The translations under genes and the position numbers were made by a program. Shown here piece after piece: positions 17,371 to 25,490 of a DNA stretch of 31,494 nt. How positions within the stretch are numbered: the stretch's first letter is position 1; every line of letters begins with the position of its first letter. The DNA lies in the NCBI GenBank assembly GCA_029880025.1, contig JAOUPE010000001.1, forward strand, positions 1-31,494. Reading direction: 5' to 3'. The notes below the pieces were generated by a model, which was given only the letters and a program-made list of their open reading frames with translations, did not search any database and was not told where the DNA came from. This DNA is from a candidate division WOR-3 bacterium. Its GTDB lineage: Bacteria > Hydrothermota > Tepidihabitantia > Tepidihabitantales > JAOUPE01.

Positions 17371-17865
17371 ATGATTGACCCAAAACTAACAAGTTTAGAA
17401 ATCTATGGTATCGCGGTAAAATCCGAAATTGATGCGATAAATGCTTATCAGAAGATAGCAAAAAAAGTAGAAAATCAGGATTTGAATAAGAAATTGCAAT
17501 TTTTAGAGGGAGAGGAGAAAAAACATCGAAAGTTATTAGAGAATCGTTATCGCCTAGAATTCCCGGATACGAAATTGATGCTGCCAAAGGATGGATTAGC
17601 GCCAAAACTCAATATTGCATTAGAGGAGGACACGCCACTTGCCCGGCTCTTTGAATTATCAATGGAGGCGGAAAAAGCATCCGAGGACTTTTATTCAGAA
17701 GCGGCAAAACGTGCCCAAGACCAAACCGGTAAGAATATGCTCTTTTACCTGAGCGGTATGGAACGTGGGCATTATTACTTGTTAAAATCTGAATACGACC
17801 TGATGCAGCAGTTTGATAAGTTTGAGAGTTATAAAAAATTCTCTTTGGAACATTTGGGACCATAA
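17371..17865 (+). CDS. Ferritin-like (rubrerythrin-family) diiron protein 5
   Basis: SEIDA...EEKKH...AEKAS...MERGH; stop overlaps the iscS start by 1 nt. Confidence 0.85.
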   Translation: MIDPKLTSLEIYGIAVKSEIDAINAYQKIAKKVENQDLNKKLQFLEGEEKKHRKLLENRYRLEFPDTKLMLPKDGLAPKLNIALEEDTPLARLFELSMEAEKASEDFYSEAAKRAQDQTGKNMLFYLSGMERGHYYLLKSEYDLMQQFDKFESYKKFSLEHLGP

Positions 17866-19076
17866 TGGCAAAAATCTATTTAGACCACGCCGCAGCCACC
17901 CCGCTCCATCCCGCAGTAAAAAAAGCGATGGAGCCTTATTTGACTGAATTATTTGGTAACCCCCAGAGCTTTCATTCTTTTGGTGCACCAGCAAAACAGG
18001 CAATCGATGATGCCAGAGCCAAAGTTGCCCAGTTGATTGAAGCCAAACCCGAGGAAATTTATTTTACCGCTTCCGGCGCAGAAAGCAATAATCTTGCAAT
18101 AAAAGGGATCGCTTGGGCTTACAAAGATAAAGGTAATCATATTATAACCTCAGCCATCGAACATTACTCGGTTCTCTACCCGGTAAAGACTTTGAGTAAA
18201 ATGGGTTATGAGATGACTACGATTCCGGTCGATAAATTTGGGATGGTCAATCCGGATGATGTGAAAAAGGCAATAAAGAAAGGGACGATTCTTATCTCGA
18301 TTATGCATGCCAACAATGAAATTGGCACGATCGAGCCAATAAAAGAAATCGGTCAGATTGCAAAAGAACATAAAATTCCTTTTCATTCGGATGGGGTAGC
18401 AACGGTTGGTTCAATCCCGGTCAATGTTTCAGAAATTGGAGTTGATGCCTTAAGCCTGGCAGGACATGCTTTCTATGGTCCAAAGGGCTCGGCAGCGCTC
18501 TATTTACGAAAAGGGACAAGAATTATGCCTTTGATTGAAGGCGGAATCCAAGAAGGCGGGAGAAGAGGTGGGACTGAAGATGTTGCCGCGATTGTCGGGT
18601 TGGGCAAAGCCTGTGAACTGGCACAAAAAGAGATACCGAAAAGAATTGAGCACAAACAGCGATTACGCGACCGGATAATTCGCGAATTGCCGACAAAAAT
18701 CGACCGGATTTACCTTACTGGTCATCCGGAAAAGAGACTGCCCGGACATGCCAGTTGCTGTATTGAATTCATTGAAGGCGAGGCAATGCTTCTATTCCTC
18801 GATGACGAAGGCATTGCTGCTGCCTCTGGCTCAGCCTGTACTTCTAAGGCACTCAAGGCTTCCCATGTCCTATTGGCAATCGGTATTGACCATGCTTTAG
18901 CCCAGGGCTCGATTGTCTTTACTTTAGGCAAAGACAATATTGATGCCGATATTGATCTGCTGCTAACGAAACTGCCGCCGATCGTTGAGCGGTTGCGCCA
19001 GATGTCGCCGTTATATGCTAAATTCAAGAAGGGCGAAAAGATTCAGGGAGGAGAAGAATGTATTCCGAAAAAGTGA
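17865..19076 (+). CDS. iscS: IscS/NifS-family protein lacking the PLP Schiff-base lysine
   Basis: YLDHAAATP, GNPQS, SGAESNN, HANNEIG, ASGSAC325TS. Canonical HK(F/I)YGPKG reads H-A202-FYGPKG (codon GCT at 18468-18470). Confidence 0.9.
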   Translation: MAKIYLDHAAATPLHPAVKKAMEPYLTELFGNPQSFHSFGAPAKQAIDDARAKVAQLIEAKPEEIYFTASGAESNNLAIKGIAWAYKDKGNHIITSAIEHYSVLYPVKTLSKMGYEMTTIPVDKFGMVNPDDVKKAIKKGTILISIMHANNEIGTIEPIKEIGQIAKEHKIPFHSDGVATVGSIPVNVSEIGVDALSLAGHAFYGPKGSAALYLRKGTRIMPLIEGGIQEGGRRGGTEDVAAIVGLGKACELAQKEIPKRIEHKQRLRDRIIRELPTKIDRIYLTGHPEKRLPGHASCCIEFIEGEAMLLFLDDEGIAAASGSACTSKALKASHVLLAIGIDHALAQGSIVFTLGKDNIDADIDLLLTKLPPIVERLRQMSPLYAKFKKGEKIQGGEECIPKK

Positions 19077-19453
19077 TGGAGCATTTCCGAAATCCGCGCA
19101 ATGTCGGTGAGATCGAAGATGCCGATGGCATTGGCGAGGTTGGCAATCCGGTTTGTGGTGATATGATGACTTTTTACATTAAGGTTGATAATGACCGGCT
19201 TACCGATGTGAAATTCAAAACTTTTGGCTGCGGTGCGGCAATTGCAGTTTCCAGTATGGTGAGTGAAATGGCAAAAGGGAAAACAATAGAAGAGGCACTC
19301 AAAATTACCAATCAGATGGTGGCACAGGAATTAGGCGGATTACCGTCCAATAAACTCCATTGCTCCAATCTTGGTGCGGACGCACTCCATAAAGCAATAG
19401 AAGATTACATGAATAAGAAAGGGGGACAAGGTGCAAAAGACCAAAAAGCCTAA
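19058..19453 (+). CDS. iscU: Fe-S cluster scaffold IscU/NifU-N
   Basis: YSEKVMEHF, GNPVCGD, FGCGAAIA, KLHCS; three conserved Cys plus Asp and His. Confidence 0.95.
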   Translation: MYSEKVMEHFRNPRNVGEIEDADGIGEVGNPVCGDMMTFYIKVDNDRLTDVKFKTFGCGAAIAVSSMVSEMAKGKTIEEALKITNQMVAQELGGLPSNKLHCSNLGADALHKAIEDYMNKKGGQGAKDQKA

Positions 19454-19604
19454 AAAATGCCGCTGCCCTTTCTGCGATGAACCACTGCTGCCAGAAGCTA
19501 CCTTCTGTCAATTATGCAAGGTCGAATTGATTTTTTGTAAAAAGTGCGGTGAGGCGATCCCTAAGAATGCTGATAAATGTCCAAAATGTGGCACGAAGAG
19601 ATGA
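19431..19604 (+). CDS. 57-aa double zinc-ribbon protein (not in the ORF track)
   Basis: Translated by hand from GTG 19431 (RBS AAGGGGG): MQKTKKPKKCRCPFCDEPLLPEATFCQLCKVELIFCKKCGEAIPKNADKCPKCGTKR; four CxxC pairs. Confidence 0.8.
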   Translation: MQKTKKPKKCRCPFCDEPLLPEATFCQLCKVELIFCKKCGEAIPKNADKCPKCGTKR

Positions 19605-19612
19605 GTAGATTC

Positions 19613-19697
19613 AACCACGAAAAACACGAAAGCCACCAAAGAAAAACAGAGCAAGATTCTTGCCTCTTGCTTCGTAAAGATTTAGTGCTTTCGGGTT
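19613..19697. repeat. Long imperfect intergenic palindrome
   Basis: AACCACGAAA-AACACGAAA... pairs with ...TTTAGTGC-TTTCGGGTT; inner stem AGAGCAAG/CTTGCCTCT. Confidence 0.55.
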
Positions 19698-19709
19698 AAC
19701 TTTGTTCTG

Positions 19710-20186
19710 ATGAAAGATAAAATGACGCTCATCCTTTTCAGTGGTGATTTGGATAAAGCCATTGCCGGCTTCAACCTTGCCACTGCTGCAGCGTCAATGG
19801 GAATAGAAGTTGTCATATTTTTTACCTTCTGGGGTTTGAATATAATCCGTAAAGAAAAGAAGGTGTCTAGAACTAAAGGACTCAAGAAGAAATTATTTGG
19901 TATAATTAATAAAGGCGGTGTTAATAATCTTCCTCTTTCCCGTTTCCACATGTCAGGCATCGGAACTAAGATGATGAAACAATTAATGAAAGAAATGAAA
20001 TTTCCACCGCTAGCCGAATTAATGAAACTTGCCAAGAATCTGGGCGTTAAATTTGTTGCCTGTACAACCACTATGGGCATGATGGGTTTGACTAAAGATG
20101 ATTTGATTCCAGAAGTCGATGCCTATGCCGGTGCCGCCACTTACCTTGCTAACGCCGGCCAATCCAGGATAAATCTTTTTCTATGA
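19710..20186 (+). CDS. DsrE2/DsrE-DsrF-DsrH-like sulfur carrier / peroxiredoxin-like protein
   Basis: LILFSGDLDKA, FFTFWGL, LPLSRFHMSGIG, VACTTTMGMMG, AGAATYL. Confidence 0.85.
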   Translation: MKDKMTLILFSGDLDKAIAGFNLATAAASMGIEVVIFFTFWGLNIIRKEKKVSRTKGLKKKLFGIINKGGVNNLPLSRFHMSGIGTKMMKQLMKEMKFPPLAELMKLAKNLGVKFVACTTTMGMMGLTKDDLIPEVDAYAGAATYLANAGQSRINLFL

Positions 20187-20207
20187 TTATTATTAAATTG
20201 GATAAAT

Positions 20208-20447
20208 ATGATTAAAGCAAATGCCGAATTGGATTGTCTTGGACTTTATTGTCCAATGCCGATTGCCAAAACCGTGGAGAAAATGAAAGAACTCAAGCCA
20301 GGTGAAGTTTTGGAAATCTTAGCCGATGACGAAGGAATTAAAAGTGATATGCCAGCCTGGTGTGAGGCAACTGGTAATGAGTTTTTGGCAATTGAAGATG
20401 AAAATGGTAAATTTCGAATCTATATTAGAAAAAAGGAGGCTAAATGA
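20208..20447 (+). CDS. tusA: TusA/SirA-family sulfur carrier
   Basis: [11 protein letters not shown] (CPxP), [16 protein letters not shown]. Confidence 0.9.
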   Translation: MIKANAELDCLGLYCPMPIAKTVEKMKELKPGEVLEILADDEGIKSDMPAWCEATGNEFLAIEDENGKFRIYIRKKEAK

Positions 20448-20641
20448 ATAAATGGGAATGCACAGTCTGTGGTTATATTTATAACCCAGAAAAAGGTGAC
20501 CCGGACAATAACATTCAGCCGGGAACGCCGTTTGAAGAACTCCCAAATGATTGGGTATGCCCGGAATGTGGTGCCGGTAAAAGTGAATTTAAGCCATACG
20601 GACGGGGTGAGCCAGAACCACCAAAATCGACCGATGAGTAA
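20444..20641 (+). CDS. Rubredoxin with short C-terminal tail
   Basis: [10 protein letters not shown]...GDP...[18 protein letters not shown]. Confidence 0.95.
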   Translation: MNKWECTVCGYIYNPEKGDPDNNIQPGTPFEELPNDWVCPECGAGKSEFKPYGRGEPEPPKSTDE

Positions 20642-20686
20642 GTATAAAAATACGAATTTAGTTTAAAATGAAAGGGGGTGAGAAAT

Positions 20687-20860
20687 ATGGCAAAGAAACT
20701 AGCAAAAAAGAAGATAACCAAAAAAGCCAAGAAAAGAGTTCCTAAGATTAAGGGACTGGTTTATCTTTGCCGAACTTGTGGTATGGAAGTTGTTGTCAGT
20801 AGAGCCGGAGCTGGTATCACCAATCTAGTCTGTTGCGACCAGGTGATGGAAAAGAAATGA
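20687..20860 (+). CDS. Desulforedoxin-like FeS4 peptide with Lys-rich N-terminus
   Basis: YLCRTCG...LVCCDQVM (CxxC...CC); start ATG 20687 after AGGGGGTG. Confidence 0.75.
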   Translation: MAKKLAKKKITKKAKKRVPKIKGLVYLCRTCGMEVVVSRAGAGITNLVCCDQVMEKK

Positions 20861-20867
20861 AGCCGGA

Positions 20868-20927
20868 GATACGCACCGATAAAGCAGAATAGATGAGCGC
20901 CCGATTCGGATGCCAATCTGTATTTAT
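20868..20927. repeat. Imperfect intergenic palindrome
   Basis: ATAAAGCAGA/TCTGTATTTAT and GATACGCACCGA/TCGGATGCCAATC are complementary. Confidence 0.4.
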
Positions 20928-20941
20928 AAAAAGGAGGTGAA

Positions 20942-21232
20942 ATGGCAATTGTCGATATTAGTGTTGTGCCGGTCGGTACCGAAACTACCAGTGTCAGTAA
21001 ATTTGTCCGTGAAGCGGTAGCGGTAATAAAAAAGAGTGGCTTAAAATTCCAGCTCTCCTCGATGGGGACTGCAATCGAAGGTGATTTGGATAAAATCTTT
21101 AAGACCATTCAGGAAATCCACGAGGTTTGCTTTGCTAAGGGAGCAAAACGACTGCTTACCACCATCAAGATTGACGACCGGAAAGATAAAAAACAAACAA
21201 TGGAGGACAAAATTAAAGCGGCTCTGGGTTGA
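20942..21232 (+). CDS. MTH1187/YkoF-family thiamine-binding protein
   Basis: VDISVVPVGT...SVSKFV, MGTAIEGD, IKIDDRKDK; AGGAGG RBS. Confidence 0.88.
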   Translation: MAIVDISVVPVGTETTSVSKFVREAVAVIKKSGLKFQLSSMGTAIEGDLDKIFKTIQEIHEVCFAKGAKRLLTTIKIDDRKDKKQTMEDKIKAALG

Positions 21233-21246
21233 TTAACTCCAGTGCC

Positions 21247-21284
21247 GCTTGGCTTAAAAATATCCTAAAGCAGGTTTAAGCAGC
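21247..21284. terminator. Possible hairpin between convergent genes
   Basis: GCTTGGCTTAAA...TTTAAGCAGC imperfect stem; no clear U-tract. Confidence 0.3.
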
Positions 21285-21315
21285 TTATAACCAACTAAAT
21301 CTAATTTCATCAATT

Positions 21316-21918
21316 TTACTTCTTACCTTCGGTTGGTTGAGTCGGGGCTTTAGATTTAACTGGAAATGCGATTTCGGTCTTGAGTGATTCAGCCGGAACC
21401 TGGTCCGGTGAATTTAGATAGAATTCATGAGCCGGACCGACAATTTCATAATTGTTATTCATAACCCACTCGGCTAATTTCTGATAGGTTGGACCAACTT
21501 TGTCGTACGGTCCAATATAAAGGGTTGCCGCAACCTGAGCTGGTCCAAATTTCTTAACTTTTACCATTTTGTCACCTTTGGTCTTGGCTGGAACTGGAAC
21601 GCATATCTCATATTTTGTGCTTTCTGGCTTCACTTTCATTGGGTCGTCATAATAGACTCCGAACGGCGCACCAGTTGGTTTAACCTTGTTTTTACCAAGC
21701 CAGGTGAATAATTCCATCATCGGTTTGCCCATTTCAGCATAAGGTCCGATTTTACTCATCGATGCTACATACATCGAATCTATGGTTTTTACCGCCGCCG
21801 TGAACTGAGGCTGCTCTGGCGTCGTCGGTTTTTGTACTGGTTGGGTCTTTTGTTCACCGCAACCTACCATCATTAGTGTAATTAGTACAATAACTACACA
21901 GTTATAAATTTTGTCCAT
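21316..21918 (-). CDS. Predicted lipoprotein with GyrI-like small-molecule-binding domain
   Basis: Signal peptide with lipobox MVG-C; GPYAEMG, PFGVYYDDP, YEICVPV, GPYDKVGPTY, EFYLNSP, TEIAFPV. Confidence 0.8.
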   Translation of the reverse strand: MDKIYNCVVIVLITLMMVGCGEQKTQPVQKPTTPEQPQFTAAVKTIDSMYVASMSKIGPYAEMGKPMMELFTWLGKNKVKPTGAPFGVYYDDPMKVKPESTKYEICVPVPAKTKGDKMVKVKKFGPAQVAATLYIGPYDKVGPTYQKLAEWVMNNNYEIVGPAHEFYLNSPDQVPAESLKTEIAFPVKSKAPTQPTEGKK

Positions 21919-21936
21919 GGACTCCTTTCAGGATGG

Positions 21937-21964
21937 ATGATAGCAAAAAACCACAAGATGTCAA
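21937..21964 (-). promoter_or_regulatory. Putative sigma70 promoter
   Basis: TTGACA-16 nt-TATCAT, then AAGGAG RBS. Confidence 0.5.
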
Positions 21965-21990
21965 CAAGGTTATAAATTATGAATTTTTAT

Positions 21991-24660
21991 TTAAGATTTG
22001 GGATGAATCAGTCGATTGAAGGTATTTATTATTAATATCCCTAATCCACAACAGATTAGAATCACATAAATTAAATTAAGACTTAATGGCGCGGTTTTGA
22101 ATATGGAATTTAACGGCGGGATAAAAATGACAAAAATTTGTAGAATCATCGAAAGCAAGAAAGCGCCTAAAAGGTATTTATTAGCAAATAATGATTTGGA
22201 GAAATAAAATCGTCTGCCAACTCGGAAATTGAAAGAATGAAGTAATTGAAGCAAAACCAGGGTCCCGAAAACGACAGTCCGAATCTGGGAATCATTCACT
22301 TTAAAGACAAAATTAGCAATAAGCAAAGCACTTAATGCCGACAGCGTCATTATCATACCTTGGAAAAGTATTAATAACAGATTTCTACCAGTAAGGATAC
22401 CTTGCTTCGGGTTTCTGGGTGGTCTAGCCATCAAATCAGGTTCGGCTGGGTCAACTCCTAAAGCTAAAGCTGGCAATCCATCGGTCACAAGATTAATCCA
22501 AAGGATTTGAATTGGGTAGAGAATAGGCAAATTCAGGAGCATGGCAAATAGTATTGTAAAAACTTCGCTGATATTGCAGCTTATCAAAAAAAGGACAAAT
22601 TTCTTTAGATTGTCGAATATCATTCGACCTTGTTTGGTGGCAGCGACAATCGTTGCGAAATTGTCATCAGCCAATACTATATCGGCTGCCTCTTTAGCGA
22701 CGTCAGTTCCTGTGATACCCATTGCCACTCCGATGTCAGCCAGTTTTAAAGCCGGTGCATCGTTGACCCCATCCCCGGTCATTGCCACGATATAATTCCT
22801 CTGTTTTAATGCCTTAACAATTTTAACTTTTTGTAAAGGTGAGACCCGGGCATAGACCTGGATTTTCTCAATCTCTTGGGCTAAAGCCTGATCTGGCATC
22901 TTCTCCAATTCGGGTCCGGTCAATACCTTGCCGTCGGCTAATAAACCGATACGACGTCCGATATTTTCCGCAGTAAGCTTGTGGTCGCCGGTAATCATTG
23001 CCACTTTGATTCCGGCTCGTTTGCAGGTATCTACAGCCTTTATCACTTCGTCCCGGGGCGGGTCACTCATCCCAATTATACCTAAGAATGTCAAGTCTTT
23101 TTCAATTTCTTCGGCTTTTAACTGGGACGGAACACTGGCTATGGTTCTTGTAGCAAATGCCAATGTGCGGAAACCATCCTTGGTTAAGGTATCATTCATC
23201 TTGTGCCAATCGTCGATTGAAATCTGGTTGCATAACCGTAATACAACTTCGGGTGCACCTTTGACAAAGACTCGATATCCTTTATGGTCTTTATGAATCG
23301 TGGACATTGCCTTACGTTCCGCATCAAATGGTATTTCCGCCACGCGTGGATACTGATGAACAACTTTATCCGGTGCAATTCCAAATTCCTGAGCAGCGAC
23401 AATCAAGCCGATTTCAGTCGGGTCACCGATCATTTTACCGTTTATATCCTTTTTGGTATCGTTACAAAGAGTAGCGGTTAAGAATAATTCATGAAAATGG
23501 GAATGGGAGTGTAGCGCTTCGGATAAATCATAGATTTTGTTAGTCGAATCGACCCTTCTCGGGTCGAGAGACCCGATTCGGGCGGCTGCAATCTTTTCCA
23601 CCCGCATCTGGTTCATGGTTAGAGTCCCGGTCTTATCACTGCAAATAAACGAGGTCGAGCCTAAAGTTTCAACCGCATGTAATCGCCGCACGATAGCATT
23701 TTTTTCTGCCATTCGCTTCACACCGAGTGACAATGCAACCGTAACCGCAGCCGGCAGCCCTTCTGGTATTGCCGCTACGGCTAAGCTGATTGCAATCAAA
23801 AACATTTCGACCCAGCTGTGCTGCTTCAATACGCCCGCAATTAATACGATTAAACTAATGCCTAAGCAGATATAAGCGATTCTTGCCCCCATCTTTTTCA
23901 ATTCATTTTGCAATGGTGTTTTCTCTTTGGGTTGTTCAATCAGGGTGACGATTCTACCCATCTCGGTATCCATTCCAGTGCCAACCACAATTGCTTTACC
24001 CCGACCCCGAGTGACCATGGTCCCGGTATAACCCATATTAGTCCGGTCACCTAACGGCAAATCAGTTTTGGTTAAAGGATTTATACTCTTTTCTACCGGT
24101 ACGGATTCGCCGGTCAAAGAAGATTCATCGATCGCCAAAAGTTTACTTTCAATAATTCGACAATCGGCTGGGATTCGGTCGCCGGTATTGATGATAACAA
24201 TATCGCCCGGAACTACTTGGGCGGCGGACAGCTCCTGCTCATACCCTTGACGCAATACTTTAGCAATCGGTGCTAACATTTGCTTCAGAGCAGCTAACGC
24301 ATGCTCGGCACGATATTCCTGAACAAACCCAAGAATCGCATTAAGGATAAGAATGGTTGCGATTGCAATAGTATCGACTAATTCCCGCAGTAAAATCCCT
24401 GAGACTAAGGCTGCGATGATTAGAATGATTATCAAAAAGTCGTTGAACTGAGCAAGGAACAATTTAAATGGGGAAAATGGTTTGGCTAGCTTAAGCGAAT
24501 TTGGTCCATATTGCAAAAAACGTTGTTGAGCGTTTTCTGAATCAAGCCCCTGTTCAAGATTAACCGTTAACCTTTGGGCAACCTCTGCACTTGGTAAACA
24601 ATGATAAGCGACTTCCTGATTCAGAGCCGAATGCAGTCTATCGGTTTTAGGATTTTTCAT
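21991..24660 (-). CDS. Type II (Ca2+-transporting-like) P-type ATPase
   Basis: TGES, PEGLP, DKTGTLT, KGAPE, TGD, GDGVNDAPAL, NLVTDGLP. Confidence 0.93.
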   Translation of the reverse strand: MKNPKTDRLHSALNQEVAYHCLPSAEVAQRLTVNLEQGLDSENAQQRFLQYGPNSLKLAKPFSPFKLFLAQFNDFLIIILIIAALVSGILLRELVDTIAIATILILNAILGFVQEYRAEHALAALKQMLAPIAKVLRQGYEQELSAAQVVPGDIVIINTGDRIPADCRIIESKLLAIDESSLTGESVPVEKSINPLTKTDLPLGDRTNMGYTGTMVTRGRGKAIVVGTGMDTEMGRIVTLIEQPKEKTPLQNELKKMGARIAYICLGISLIVLIAGVLKQHSWVEMFLIAISLAVAAIPEGLPAAVTVALSLGVKRMAEKNAIVRRLHAVETLGSTSFICSDKTGTLTMNQMRVEKIAAARIGSLDPRRVDSTNKIYDLSEALHSHSHFHELFLTATLCNDTKKDINGKMIGDPTEIGLIVAAQEFGIAPDKVVHQYPRVAEIPFDAERKAMSTIHKDHKGYRVFVKGAPEVVLRLCNQISIDDWHKMNDTLTKDGFRTLAFATRTIASVPSQLKAEEIEKDLTFLGIIGMSDPPRDEVIKAVDTCKRAGIKVAMITGDHKLTAENIGRRIGLLADGKVLTGPELEKMPDQALAQEIEKIQVYARVSPLQKVKIVKALKQRNYIVAMTGDGVNDAPALKLADIGVAMGITGTDVAKEAADIVLADDNFATIVAATKQGRMIFDNLKKFVLFLISCNISEVFTILFAMLLNLPILYPIQILWINLVTDGLPALALGVDPAEPDLMARPPRNPKQGILTGRNLLLILFQGMIMTLSALSALLIANFVFKVNDSQIRTVVFGTLVLLQLLHSFNFRVGRRFYFSKSLFANKYLLGAFLLSMILQIFVIFIPPLNSIFKTAPLSLNLIYVILICCGLGILIINTFNRLIHPKS

Positions 24661-24671
24661 CGATTTGCCTG

Positions 24672-24700
24672 ATTCTAGGCAAAATCTTCATTATCGTCAA
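24672..24700 (-). promoter_or_regulatory. Putative sigma70 promoter, very short leader
   Basis: TTGACG-17 nt-TAGAAT, 11 nt before the ATG; no SD. Confidence 0.55.
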
Positions 24701-24857
24701 GCGGTGGGTGATTGAGATTAATCATATTTCAGTTAGTAAAACCTACTTTAACATCACAAGCAATAAAACACTTACTTAACAACTTCTGAAGATTTTTGAT
24801 TGAAATTAATAAGCAGCTGGTCAGTTTGGCGGGTCGCCGATTGAAAAGTTCCTTAGA

Positions 24858-25178
24858 TTAAGAGACGAATACTGTTTTCAGATTGGTCCGCTCAAACATT
24901 ATTACTAAAGCCGATTCTTTAGCCATTGAGCGGTGAACCAGACCTTTGGGTAATACTAAACCTTCGCCTGCTTTTAAAGTGATCGTTTTCTCTTTGGATT
25001 CGACCTGAACCGTTCCTTTTAGAACAAAAAATAACTCCTCAGCGTCATGCTTGTGAAAACGATAGGTGCCCTCAAACAGGGAAAGGAGTAAATGAAACCC
25101 TTCCAACCGGATAATTTCGATTGGGGTCCAAGATTTTTTAATCTTTTCGGCTAATGCTGTAAAGTCAATTTTCTCCAT
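24858..25178 (-). CDS. Cupin-domain protein
   Basis: FHKHDAEELFFVLKG and GEGLVLPKGLVHR cupin motifs. Confidence 0.85.
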   Translation of the reverse strand: MEKIDFTALAEKIKKSWTPIEIIRLEGFHLLLSLFEGTYRFHKHDAEELFFVLKGTVQVESKEKTITLKAGEGLVLPKGLVHRSMAKESALVIMFERTNLKTVFVS

Positions 25179-25185
25179 AACTTAC

Positions 25186-25214
25186 ATTATAATATAATTA
25201 ATTTAATTTGTCAA
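25186..25214 (-). promoter_or_regulatory. Perfect-consensus sigma70 promoter (leaderless)
   Basis: TTGACA-17 nt-TATAAT, 7 nt before the ATG at 25178. Confidence 0.75.
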
Positions 25215-25356
25215 TAAAATAGTGCATTTTTGATTTTTGTCACGGCTGAAGTTGTTTTTATTGGGTTGACCCTGCTCTTACTTTCTATCTATTTTTTTTC
25301 TGATTTCTCTGCTATCTCGGTGGTTTCAATTCTTTTTAGTTTAGGAAGGGCAGGGG

Positions 25357-25384
25357 TTGACAAGGGCCAAAAATTTGTTAATCT
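25357..25384 (+). promoter_or_regulatory. Putative sigma70 promoter of the tal-tkt-aminotransferase genes
   Basis: TTGACA-16 nt-TAATCT. Confidence 0.5.
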
Positions 25385-25490
25385 AATTGACTACGAAGCA
25401 AGAAAACTCAATTAAAATACAAAAGATAATAACAGATGATAGATTATTTTTTGGCTTTCCTTGGTTTATTTCGGTGATAAGGAGGATTTT

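Noticed and set aside
15295-17865. Encapsulin cargo system
   Set aside because: No encapsulin gene in the window and no GSL/LxVGSL-like targeting peptide at the ferritin termini.
19431-20860. Selenocysteine readthrough at TGA stops of the small redox genes
   Set aside because: Each protein is complete at its stop, and no TGA falls at a conserved Cys position.
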